A stretch of DNA of 64,000 nucleotides from a virus, in IMG/VR virus record IMGVR_UViG_3300037245_001295, positions 60,741 through 124,740 of that record. The stretch is one strand, 5' to 3'. Positions 1-8,864 of this stretch are shown one piece after another. Below the pieces are notes generated by a model. That model ran no database searches. It worked only from the letters and a program-made list of their open reading frames with translations, and was not told the DNA's origin. The stretch's first letter is position 1; every line of letters starts with the position of its first letter. Made by a program: the position numbers and the translations under genes.

Positions 1-214
1 AGCTGAGGTAGCGGCAAGACTGACCCAGACAAACGCTGCGTCAGCCTACATGGCTTCCGTTACAGACCGCAATTCTGCGTCGTCCGTTTATGAAGCCTCT
101 AAGAAGAATGAGGAGGTCACGAAGGCAGCGTTGGCTCAGGCAGACGCGACCCTCATCGCGGCCGAAGATGCCGCCACCGTAGAGCGCGACCTAATCAAAA
201 CCACGGAGTGACTC

Positions 215-682
215 ATGGACAACTCAGATTTAAGTGCAGGCCCCATCGAACATCTCGGAGGTGCCGAGCAACCGCTGGGCGACATCACTGCATTGTCACC
301 TGAGATGGCTATCAAATCGCTACAACTGCTGAAAGCGAAGACTGAAGCTGACGCAGCAGAATACGAGAAGCGGTTGGTCATGCAGCAGTTCCGCCCGTGT
401 AAGATGTACCCTGTCGTCATCTACCATGACGGTATGCGTTGGGTCTGCTCGATGGGCGTCATGGGCAACGCTTACAGTGACTATCTGCCTGACAGCGCAA
501 TGGGTCAGTCGGGGGTAGAGGGTTACGGCGAGTTCCCTGAGCAAGCGATGCAAAACTTCGACGCTATGTGGGTAGGTATGGTGGCCGAGGAATTGGCCGA
601 CGCTGCGAACGACTCCAATGATGACTCTGACGACAGCCCTGACGACGACCCTGACGATGACTTTTTCGGAGAAGAAGTATGA
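215..682 (+). CDS. hypothetical protein with acidic C-terminal tail
   Basis: ORF with GGAG RBS; D/E-rich tail; stop overlaps next start (ATGA). Confidence 0.7.
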   Translation: MDNSDLSAGPIEHLGGAEQPLGDITALSPEMAIKSLQLLKAKTEADAAEYEKRLVMQQFRPCKMYPVVIYHDGMRWVCSMGVMGNAYSDYLPDSAMGQSGVEGYGEFPEQAMQNFDAMWVGMVAEELADAANDSNDDSDDSPDDDPDDDFFGEEV

Positions 683-1203
683 CACCCGGAGTAGCGATGA
701 TCCTGCGATCTGAAATGGACCTTGGCACATTGCTGCCATTAACACGTAGGCTTCTGGGGTACAGTATTGCAAAGCAAGCTGATGGGGCCACGATCCCCTT
801 GGCTCCTATTGCCCACCAACTAGCCTGCCTCGCCGGGTTTAAGGATGAAAAAGCATCACCGACAGTCAGAGGCGGCGACTCTTATCTGGGTCTGCTTTCT
901 GTTGGCTTCTTAGTTGCAGCAGACGAGCGGGACATGGTCTTCATCTTAGAAGCCACGCTCGGTATGGAATGGGTCGTCACAGATAGCACTCAACGCGGTA
1001 CGCAGGCAGCACTAATCACCGGCACGCTGGCCCAGTGGAAGCGAGCGGTACGGGCAGCCTGTAAGCCTTCAACAGCCACCGCCGTGCGGCAGACCTACAA
1101 TGCTGTGTATCGGCAGCTTTCCGATCAGAGTCTTCGCCCGTTATTCGGAGACCTCCGGGAACACAAGCAAACAGACCAAACTTTTCTGCTGTTGGAAGGC
1201 TGA
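679..1203 (+). CDS. hypothetical protein, possibly degenerate ThyX-like fold
   Basis: C-terminal ITGTLAQWKRAV...AVRQTYNAVY loosely resembles the ThyX C-terminus; no RHRxxS motif. Confidence 0.45.
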   Translation: MTPGVAMILRSEMDLGTLLPLTRRLLGYSIAKQADGATIPLAPIAHQLACLAGFKDEKASPTVRGGDSYLGLLSVGFLVAADERDMVFILEATLGMEWVVTDSTQRGTQAALITGTLAQWKRAVRAACKPSTATAVRQTYNAVYRQLSDQSLRPLFGDLREHKQTDQTFLLLEG

Positions 1204-1205
1204 GC

Positions 1206-1394
1206 ATGTACATCATCGTATTCACTGAGGACACACAGTCTGTTGTATCAACCGCCAAAGGAACGCCGCGAGATTTTTCAAAGGCGAAGAAGGCGAGAAA
1301 CTTCATTCAAGGTAGGCCACGATTACGCAATCTTAAATGGCGGGTTGTTGAAGACCTACCCACAAACATCCAACGATTGAGAGTGGACCTGTAA
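1206..1394 (+). CDS. small basic hypothetical protein
   Basis: Fills the gap between neighbours; TAATG coupling to the helicase. Confidence 0.6.
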   Translation: MYIIVFTEDTQSVVSTAKGTPRDFSKAKKARNFIQGRPRLRNLKWRVVEDLPTNIQRLRVDL

Positions 1395-3334
1395 TGTCAG
1401 AACCAGAAACAGTTCATCTGATGACGGAGACAAGTAGCGGGAAACTGATTAAAGTCCCGGTAACTTTCCAAGTGGTCAAGAAGCGGATCGAGTTTCTCAA
1501 ATGCCCGTTTGCGTTGAAGGACGAGATCAAAGCAATGGCAGGGGCAAAGTGGCACGGGTATGATGACGTAAAACGGATGATCTGGTCAGTCTCAGATTGT
1601 GCTAGGAACCGCTTCCAGCTTGCCTTCATGCAAGGTCAGAATCCATACACCCGTTGGGAGAAGCCTCTACAGGAATTCAGCTACGAGCGGCCACTGCGGC
1701 AGCACCAAGAACTGATGTCGAACTGGGGCCTGACGTATCATTACTGCATCCTGGCGGCCGAGATGGGTACTGGTAAGACTCTCTCTGCTATCGAGATCAT
1801 GGAACAGTCGGGCTTTGAGGACTGGTGGTGGGTTGGGCCGAAGTCTGGGCTCAAGGCAGTCGAACGGGAGTTTAAGAAGTGGGGCTTGACCGGTGTTGAC
1901 TTGAAGCTGATGACCTACGAAGCCTTGCGAAACATCGTGAAGAACTGGACACCCGGCGACAGGCCACCCCACGGACTGGTCTGTGATGAGTCCAGTCGCC
2001 TGAAGAATCACCGGGCAAAGAGGTCAGAAGCGGCTCAGCATTTGGCTGACGGCATCCGTGAGGCCTTCGGCAGTGATGGCTATGTCATTGAGATGTCTGG
2101 CACACCATCGCCCAAATCGCCAGTGGACTGGTGGAGCCAGTGCGAGATCGCCGCCCCAGGCTTTCTGCGTGAGGGTAGTATGAAATCGTTCGAGCGGCGG
2201 ATGGGCATCTTTGCGGAGAAGGAAACGTCCCAGGGAAAACACCTGCAACGAATCGCGTGGTTAGACGACGAAGACAAGTGCGCGATCTGTGGCGGCTATG
2301 CGGACGAAGAACAGCATAACCCCGACCTCTTCGCAGAGGACTACCACCCGTGGGAGGCGAGCTTCAATGAGGTGGCTTTTTTGAACGAGAGACTGCAAGG
2401 GCTGGTGCTGGTTCTACACAAGAAGGATTGCCTCGACCTGCCCGAGAAGCAGTACCGCACCGTCGAGTGTCCGATGACTCCGACGACCGAGCGGGTGGCG
2501 AAGGCGTTGGCAAAGATCGCTCCGAATGTAATCACCGGCCTGACATGGCTGCGTGAGTTGAGCGACGGCTTCCAGTACAGGGACGAAGTTGATGGCACTG
2601 ATCCGTGCCCCGTCTGTGCTAGTACCGACACACCTGGGCAGACTGAAGTGTGGTGTGACCCGGAGGACGAGGACCGCCAGTTTGAGATGGTGGACATGCT
2701 CGACCCAGAGTATGTCGAGACGTTGGAGAAGAAGCTGATCGAATGCCCAACGTGCGAAGGTTCGGCCGAAGTGCCTCATAAGATTCGTGTCACTCGGGAA
2801 GTACCCTGCCCGAAGGACAAGGCACTAATTGAACTGCTTGACGAAAATGACGATCAAGGTCGCCTCGTGGTGTTCACCGGTTTCACCGGCTCTGTGGACC
2901 GAATCACCAAACTCTGTCTGAAGCAGAAGTGGGCAGTCGTCAAGGTTGACGGCCGTGGTTGGAAAGTCTGGGACATGGACGGCAACTACCTTCTGAAAGA
3001 AGACCCGCTAGAATACTGGGCCGACATTGCCAAGAACAGACGAGTCGTCTTCGTTGCCCACCCGCAGTCCGGCGGCATGGGCCTGACGCTCACTGAGAGC
3101 CGCATGGCCGTCTTCTACAGTAATGACTTCAACCCAGAGTCCCGGTCGCAGGCAGAGGATCGCATCCACCGCATGGGCACGGATGTGAATCTAGGTGCGA
3201 CAATCGTAGACCTGATCCACCTGCCGACAGACGCGAGGGTGCGAGACATCTTGAGACAAAACAGAAAGCTGGAGTTGATGACGTTGGGTGACGTTGGCTC
3301 GACTCTCGGCATAGAACCTGCTGAAGAGGAGTAA
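1394..3334 (+). CDS. SNF2/SF2 family helicase with Zn-binding insertions
   Basis: Motif I AEMGTGKT, motif II CDESS, motif III SGTP, motif V GGMGLTL, motif VI QAEDRIHRMG; CxxC inserts. Confidence 0.92.
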   Translation: MSEPETVHLMTETSSGKLIKVPVTFQVVKKRIEFLKCPFALKDEIKAMAGAKWHGYDDVKRMIWSVSDCARNRFQLAFMQGQNPYTRWEKPLQEFSYERPLRQHQELMSNWGLTYHYCILAAEMGTGKTLSAIEIMEQSGFEDWWWVGPKSGLKAVEREFKKWGLTGVDLKLMTYEALRNIVKNWTPGDRPPHGLVCDESSRLKNHRAKRSEAAQHLADGIREAFGSDGYVIEMSGTPSPKSPVDWWSQCEIAAPGFLREGSMKSFERRMGIFAEKETSQGKHLQRIAWLDDEDKCAICGGYADEEQHNPDLFAEDYHPWEASFNEVAFLNERLQGLVLVLHKKDCLDLPEKQYRTVECPMTPTTERVAKALAKIAPNVITGLTWLRELSDGFQYRDEVDGTDPCPVCASTDTPGQTEVWCDPEDEDRQFEMVDMLDPEYVETLEKKLIECPTCEGSAEVPHKIRVTREVPCPKDKALIELLDENDDQGRLVVFTGFTGSVDRITKLCLKQKWAVVKVDGRGWKVWDMDGNYLLKEDPLEYWADIAKNRRVVFVAHPQSGGMGLTLTESRMAVFYSNDFNPESRSQAEDRIHRMGTDVNLGATIVDLIHLPTDARVRDILRQNRKLELMTLGDVGSTLGIEPAEEE

Positions 3335-3337
3335 GAC

Positions 3338-3640
3338 ATGAAAGTCTTTGAAGTCAAGATTGTGCTGGGCCGTGGGTTTGATTCTTGGACTCAGTATTTC
3401 TCAGACTATCCGTCTCTTGAGACAATTAAACTTCGACTCCGAGGCAGAGAGCGGCGGGGTTATCCGAACTTGTATAATTTTGCAACACGTCTTAACGATG
3501 CTAACTGGGTTACCGTGGAGAATCCAGACAAACTAACTCAGACAGTCTTCTGCTGCGGCGTGTGGGTTGGCGTGATTGAAATGTCCGAGAAGGACGTGTA
3601 CATCTGTGACAAACAACAGACAATGAAAATCGAGGAGTGA
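3338..3640 (+). CDS. hypothetical protein
   Basis: GAGGAG RBS, tight packing. Confidence 0.65.
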   Translation: MKVFEVKIVLGRGFDSWTQYFSDYPSLETIKLRLRGRERRGYPNLYNFATRLNDANWVTVENPDKLTQTVFCCGVWVGVIEMSEKDVYICDKQQTMKIEE

Positions 3641-3643
3641 GAC

Positions 3644-3850
3644 ATGAACTACAGACTAATCAACAAGTTTTGCTATGGCCTAGCAATCTCATCGGTTGTG
3701 GTTGGCACGGTCATTGGCATCGCCGCAGTTTGGGTGGAAGCCTTTCAGGATTCGGACATCCCATCTAAAGGCCTTGTCACAACCTGCATCCTGTTTACCG
3801 CCGCTGCCTTGGGCGCGGTTGTTACGAAACTTATGACAGTAGAGGAGTAA
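3644..3850 (+). CDS. small two-TM membrane protein
   Basis: Two hydrophobic segments; GAGGAG RBS. Confidence 0.7.
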   Translation: MNYRLINKFCYGLAISSVVVGTVIGIAAVWVEAFQDSDIPSKGLVTTCILFTAAALGAVVTKLMTVEE

Positions 3851-3853
3851 GAC

Positions 3854-4090
3854 ATGGTTTGCGGAACACTGTATCAATGCTTGAATTTCCTAGCTCGGCA
3901 CAACGGCGTAATCAGCCTAGCCCCGCATCCCGAAGACCCGTGCAAGACGCGATGCGTTATCAAGGTGGACGGCGACGAAGACGAAGTGCTGGCCACAATC
4001 GAATTCCCCTGCACAGCAGAGATGGATGTATTGGGACGGGCCATCATCCCCACCTGCCGGGCTCTGTGCGAACAAGTGGAGGAGGAGTAA
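3854..4090 (+). CDS. hypothetical protein (possible distant paralog of the 14426-15159 trio)
   Basis: GAGGAG RBS; similar size and hydrophobic pattern. Confidence 0.6.
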   Translation: MVCGTLYQCLNFLARHNGVISLAPHPEDPCKTRCVIKVDGDEDEVLATIEFPCTAEMDVLGRAIIPTCRALCEQVEEE

Positions 4091-4233
4091 TGCCTGATTT
4101 CACACCAGAGGAACTGAGGATTATCGCCCGTTTGGCACAGAACTTGCTGGGCAACGCCTTAGAAGCTGGGCTCGACCCTGGAATTCTGATGTCAATTTAC
4201 AATAAAACGGAAGATTTCCTTGACAACGCCTGA
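4090..4233 (+). CDS. small hypothetical protein
   Basis: GGAGGAG RBS, TAATG coupling (MPDFTPEEL...). Confidence 0.6.
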   Translation: MPDFTPEELRIIARLAQNLLGNALEAGLDPGILMSIYNKTEDFLDNA

Positions 4234-4248
4234 TTCATGTGGTATGAT
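4220..4248 (+). promoter_or_regulatory. sigma70-type promoter
   Basis: TTGACA-N17-TATGAT, then AGGAGG RBS and ATG at 4266. Confidence 0.8.
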
Positions 4249-4265
4249 TAAGATAGGAGGAGAGA

Positions 4266-4457
4266 ATGGAACCAACCACAGCAGCACATTTGCAACTGAT
4301 CCTGGACGAATTTGACGCCCGCAGCCTTGCGGTCGCCAGGGCCATAAGCCCTCAGGGTGAGACGGGCGAGACTCTGGTAAAATTGAATCCCGTGCAAGTT
4401 GAATCAGCCGTTGACTATCTCACTACGACCCTCAACTACATCAAGGCGTTGAAGTGA
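4266..4457 (+). CDS. hypothetical protein
   Basis: Follows promoter and strong RBS. Confidence 0.7.
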   Translation: MEPTTAAHLQLILDEFDARSLAVARAISPQGETGETLVKLNPVQVESAVDYLTTTLNYIKALK

Positions 4458-4645
4458 TTATCCGAGAGTATACGATCACTAAGACACCGGAGGTCGTCAC
4501 CTTCCAGCTTGACCACGCGGAACTGACAGACGAGGAAATGCTGACTCACCTTGAGTCCTGGCGCAGCCCGTGGGGTCGGAAAGACCCCAACCTACACATA
4601 ACTGAAACCCTTGACGGAATTGAACTACATCGGAGACCCGAGTGA
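4454..4645 (+). CDS. hypothetical protein
   Basis: GTGA overlaps at both ends. Confidence 0.6.
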   Translation: MIIREYTITKTPEVVTFQLDHAELTDEEMLTHLESWRSPWGRKDPNLHITETLDGIELHRRPE

Positions 4646-5244
4646 AGTACCGACCGTGCGACCGTATGGATTGTCCAAACATCGTGGTTAGCAAAGGCCC
4701 GGGATCGCCCGATCGCATTTGCTATTTCTGCTATAAGGAATATCTAGCCCTGGATGGAAGCATCGACCCAGCAGCATTTTTAGAGACGACTCCCCCTGCG
4801 GAGCGGCGATCGCCGGTCCCAGGACTGGGGTTTTTAATGGGCGTAACACAGGTAGAGACATTACTTCAAAAGGATACCAGCATGAGCGAACCCACCATTA
4901 CGATTGACGGCCGGGCGTACACAGTTCAGGGGCTTGTAGCCAACGCATTTGACAAAGCAATAGCAGCTTCCCTCACCGCCGCAGACGGCGTCAGGGAAGC
5001 CGTCGAACGAACGATTGCGGCTAGCCGCCATAACGCCGACCTTCTGGAAGCCCTGGAAGACGGCCGCGCGTTCCGCATCGCGTTCAAGAAGAAGGGCGAG
5101 ACGGATTGGACTCGCATAAGGATTGAGGAAGAGGGCATCTTGAAGTTAGCGGCGCAGGAGGAGGTTCTACTTCGACAGGAAGTCCTGATGGACAATCTCG
5201 GCACCCTTCTTGGCGTGGAAACATTTTCAATTGACAACATTTGA
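4642..5244 (+). CDS. hypothetical protein with N-terminal Cys cluster
   Basis: CxxxxC...CxxC N-terminus; internal start at 4882 also plausible. Confidence 0.6.
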   Translation: MKYRPCDRMDCPNIVVSKGPGSPDRICYFCYKEYLALDGSIDPAAFLETTPPAERRSPVPGLGFLMGVTQVETLLQKDTSMSEPTITIDGRAYTVQGLVANAFDKAIAASLTAADGVREAVERTIAASRHNADLLEALEDGRAFRIAFKKKGETDWTRIRIEEEGILKLAAQEEVLLRQEVLMDNLGTLLGVETFSIDNI

Positions 5245-5254
5245 GGCGAGACAC

Positions 5255-5455
5255 ATGAGAGCTTTGATTGCAGTAGTAGCGTTGATTTTACTGAGCATCC
5301 TGATCCTTGGTTGTGACCCGCAGCCGGCCGACGGCACGGCAGGTCGCTACCACCTGCGAGAACGGGTGGGGAACTTCTTCGACCGGGACATGCTTGCAGC
5401 CCGCTACCACATGCGGACTCGCACGGCGAAGTTCTTCGGCCGGGGTGCGTGCTAA
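5255..5455 (+). CDS. putative small lipoprotein
   Basis: MRALIAVVALILLSILILG-C: signal peptide with lipobox-like Cys. Confidence 0.55.
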   Translation: MRALIAVVALILLSILILGCDPQPADGTAGRYHLRERVGNFFDRDMLAARYHMRTRTAKFFGRGAC

Positions 5456-5673
5456 TGAGCGTAATGGCTTGTCACCGCGCTGGCTGCGAAAGCGTCATGT
5501 GCGACCGGTATTCATCCCAGTATGGCTACATCTGCGGCGGGTGCTTTACTGAACTCGTCCACTTGGGAGCCGGGATCGACGTAGCGGCATTCATGTCGAG
5601 CGAGCGTAATCAGGATACGGAAGAGGCGGACTTCGCCTACTTCGACGCCCTTTTCCAACTCGGAGACGACTGA
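5455..5673 (+). CDS. small Zn-finger hypothetical protein
   Basis: CxxxxC...C...CxxC. Confidence 0.6.
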   Translation: MSVMACHRAGCESVMCDRYSSQYGYICGGCFTELVHLGAGIDVAAFMSSERNQDTEEADFAYFDALFQLGDD

Positions 5674-5855
5674 TGACACGAGATGAGATGCTAAAGGAAG
5701 GCTACACCTGTTACTGCATTCAATGCCATGCGGCATACAAAACGCAACCGACCGTGCAGTACGAAGACGGGCATGGAGGCCGCCGGTTGGGAGAATGCGG
5801 GCGTTGTGGTTGTGATCTGTTTGCCAGTATGAAAGATGATTCACAGGTGAAATAA
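5673..5855 (+). CDS. small Zn-ribbon protein
   Basis: CIQC...CGRC; coupled to neighbours. Confidence 0.6.
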   Translation: MTRDEMLKEGYTCYCIQCHAAYKTQPTVQYEDGHGGRRLGECGRCGCDLFASMKDDSQVK

Positions 5856-6769
5856 TGCCAAGCACTGTTGAAAGATTAACGTTGAAAGGGCTTATCACGC
5901 CGCCAAGTTGGCTGCCCACCAATGTCCATTACGAGACCGTCATAGGCTCAGTGGCCTACGGTGTAAGCACCGATGCGTCTGACTTCGACACGGTTGGTTT
6001 CTGTGTCCCGCCTAAGGACATAGTGTTCCCGCACCTTGCGGGCAGGATTCAAGGGTTCGGCCGACAGCAGCGGAAGTTCGTCTGCTACCAGAAGCACGGC
6101 GTATATGTGGCCGACGCATTGGGCGGCGCGGGGCGTACCTATGACCTGAACGTCTACAACATCGTTCACTACTTCAACCTGTGCATGGAGAACAACCCGA
6201 ACATGATCGACTCGCTGTTCACGCCCCAAGAGTGCGTGCTGCACAGCACTAAGATCGCGAACATGGTGCGGGACAAGCGGTGCATGTTCCTACACAAGGG
6301 AGCGTGGCACCGGTTCAAGGGTTATGCGTACAACCAGCTTCACAAGATGAAGACGAAGACGCCGGAGCCCGGCAGCAAGCGGTGGGACAGTGTGCAGAAG
6401 CACGGCTTTGACGTGAAGTTTGCGTACCATGTGGTGCGGCTGCTTTATGAGGTCGAACAGATTCTCACTGAGGGGACCATCGACATTCGGCGGAACCGGG
6501 CGCATCTGAAGGCCATCAGAAATGGCGAAGTGTCGGAGGCCGGTGTAACACAGTGGGCTTCTGACAAAGAGAAGTCCTTGGAGAAGGTGTACGAAACGTC
6601 CCCACTGCCACACGGCCCCGACGAACCCGCGATTAAGCGGCTGCTGTTTGAGTGCTTGGAAGAACACTACGGCAGTCTGAAAGACGCTGTAGTGTTGGAA
6701 GATTCGGCGTCTCTCGCTCTGCGAGAGATTGCCGAGATTGTTGACCGAAGCCGAACCTTGTTAGGATAG
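5855..6769 (+). CDS. Pol-beta superfamily nucleotidyltransferase (RlaP/YcgL-like)
   Basis: GSVAYGVSTDASDFD (GS...DxD), NPN motif, FDVKFAYHVVRLL, LKAIRNGE. Confidence 0.88.
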   Translation: MPSTVERLTLKGLITPPSWLPTNVHYETVIGSVAYGVSTDASDFDTVGFCVPPKDIVFPHLAGRIQGFGRQQRKFVCYQKHGVYVADALGGAGRTYDLNVYNIVHYFNLCMENNPNMIDSLFTPQECVLHSTKIANMVRDKRCMFLHKGAWHRFKGYAYNQLHKMKTKTPEPGSKRWDSVQKHGFDVKFAYHVVRLLYEVEQILTEGTIDIRRNRAHLKAIRNGEVSEAGVTQWASDKEKSLEKVYETSPLPHGPDEPAIKRLLFECLEEHYGSLKDAVVLEDSASLALREIAEIVDRSRTLLG

Positions 6770-6771
6770 AC

Positions 6772-7695
6772 ATGCTACTTTGTTGGCAATGCAATTTAGA
6801 AGCGGAGATTCTACCTGACGGGTGGGCGTGCCATCATTGCGGTCAGCATGGCGATTATAGTGGCAACTACGCTAAGACGTGGACAATAGGTTCATTACGG
6901 AATGTTCCATACTGGAAAGAAGACATGCCTCAGACTTGGTTCTCGGCAGATTGGCATCTTGGCCACGAAGGTATCCTCACGCACCAGTTGACTCGGGACG
7001 CGGATTTTGCCAGCGTGGACGAGATGGACGCCGCCATCATTGACGGCACCAATGCCGTCGTCATGCCCCAAGATACCCTGTACTTCCTTGGCGATTACGG
7101 GTGGAAGGCCAGCCGGTACGGTCACTATCGTCAGAGGTTGAACGTGCGAGGACTGCACATTATCCGGGGCAACCATGACCGCTCCAGCCTGGGCCACCAC
7201 TGCTCGACGTTCACTGACATGCTCACCCGCAAGTTCCGCTGGCCTGGGCTGGACCATCGCGTGAAGATTCACATGCTGCACTACCCGATCTTGTCGTGGG
7301 ACGCCATACACCATGGCGGCATCCACCTGTACGGACACTGCCACGGGATGATCGAGGACAACCTGGATAAGATTCATCCTGGCCGACGTTCGATGGATGT
7401 TGGCATTGACAACATACACAAGCTCACTGGTGAGTGGCGGCCAATTAGTTTGGCCGAAGTGATCGCTGGCCTCGGCGGCGACACCACTGCTGACCGGATG
7501 CCTGGACCCTTCGAGGAAGCCGTCAGCACGGAAGACAAACTGCGAGAAGCTCTAGAAGATATTTCGGTACGTTACGAAGAGTCTCTCAGCGGTTGGCGGG
7601 CCGGATACGTTTGCCAATTGTGCGGCGCGTCCGCTGGTAGCCGGGAGCAGCACGAACACAAACCTGACTGTATCGTCATAAGGAGCCAAGAATGA
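6772..7695 (+). CDS. calcineurin-like metallophosphoesterase with terminal Zn fingers
   Basis: DWHLGH, LGD, RGNHD, HYP, GHCH motifs. Confidence 0.88.
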   Translation: MLLCWQCNLEAEILPDGWACHHCGQHGDYSGNYAKTWTIGSLRNVPYWKEDMPQTWFSADWHLGHEGILTHQLTRDADFASVDEMDAAIIDGTNAVVMPQDTLYFLGDYGWKASRYGHYRQRLNVRGLHIIRGNHDRSSLGHHCSTFTDMLTRKFRWPGLDHRVKIHMLHYPILSWDAIHHGGIHLYGHCHGMIEDNLDKIHPGRRSMDVGIDNIHKLTGEWRPISLAEVIAGLGGDTTADRMPGPFEEAVSTEDKLREALEDISVRYEESLSGWRAGYVCQLCGASAGSREQHEHKPDCIVIRSQE

Positions 7696-8864
7696 AAACT
7701 TGCATCGCGTGTGGCTTCAGTTTGACTAAGCCCTTTTACAATCCAGGTCCGCAGCCGCTAGCGGCTCTCAATCTACCAAAGGACGAAGACTCCTCGGTAG
7801 ACGCACTCCGGTACCCGATGAACTTTCATCGTTGCCTGCGATGCGGTCATATCTTCAACGTGGACTTCGACGTTGCGATGATCCCGTATGAGGAAGATTC
7901 CAACCTGATGTACAACAACGGTGCCGGTTGGCAGACCCACATGCAGGAAGTCGCGTGGCACTTCACGGAGACCTATAGTGTAGAGAATAGTGTGGTAATC
8001 GACATTGGGGCCGGCGACGGTATGTTTCTGGAAACCTTGAAGTCACACAGCGTCAACAACCGGTGCATTGCCTTTGAGCCTGGGATCGAGCACCGGTCGT
8101 GCGAAGCTGTTGGCTTGGAGACGTATGTTGACTACTTCATCCCGGAGCGGGATATTCCACGCTTTCGACCACACGCCCTCACCTGTCGGCACGTCTTGGA
8201 ACACATGGAGAGCCCACAAGAGTTCGTCGCCGCTTTAGCGTACTATGCTAGGAAATCCCGACCACTGTTGCTGGTGGAGGTTCCGGGCGTTGACAAGGCA
8301 CTTGCGAGTGGCCGCTTTGGCGACTACCTATATGAGCATGTGAGCAACTTCACACACCGCAGTCTCGTGGAGATGATGGGAAGCGCTGGCTGGCTCACAA
8401 CTAGTTGTGCATATCATTACAATGACGAAGTGCTCGTGTGGGTGGGCCGACCCGATCCCCACGGCTTTGAAGAACCGGTAGCAACACCCGACCCATCGAA
8501 TGTGGCGGCACTGCTGGAATTCCTCCTACGTAACGAGCGTAGCGCGGCCTTCTGGGGCGGCACTGGCAAGGGCGCAGCCTTCCTCAACACCTGCGACATC
8601 GACGGCTACCGAGTAATCGACTCGGACGTTCGTAAGGCGGGGAGATACGTGCCCGGCACCAGTATGCAAATCGAAGCGGCGAGCAACCTGTTGGTTGAAC
8701 CGGTGGAGACGGTCATCATCACGACCCGTTGGCGAGCCGCCGACATCTACGCGGAAATCAAACGAGACTATCCATGTGTGAAGGAAATCTTCATAGTGGA
8801 TAATGACGCAATACGACAATACACAGAGGACGACTATGTCACGGAAAAAGCAAAAGAAGCGTAA
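7692..8864 (+). CDS. SAM-dependent NDP-sugar C-methyltransferase-like protein
   Basis: N-terminal Zn site CIACG...CLRCG, DIGAGDG, RHVLEH, YEH, C-terminal WGGTGKG domain. Confidence 0.85.
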   Translation: MKTCIACGFSLTKPFYNPGPQPLAALNLPKDEDSSVDALRYPMNFHRCLRCGHIFNVDFDVAMIPYEEDSNLMYNNGAGWQTHMQEVAWHFTETYSVENSVVIDIGAGDGMFLETLKSHSVNNRCIAFEPGIEHRSCEAVGLETYVDYFIPERDIPRFRPHALTCRHVLEHMESPQEFVAALAYYARKSRPLLLVEVPGVDKALASGRFGDYLYEHVSNFTHRSLVEMMGSAGWLTTSCAYHYNDEVLVWVGRPDPHGFEEPVATPDPSNVAALLEFLLRNERSAAFWGGTGKGAAFLNTCDIDGYRVIDSDVRKAGRYVPGTSMQIEAASNLLVEPVETVIITTRWRAADIYAEIKRDYPCVKEIFIVDNDAIRQYTEDDYVTEKAKEA

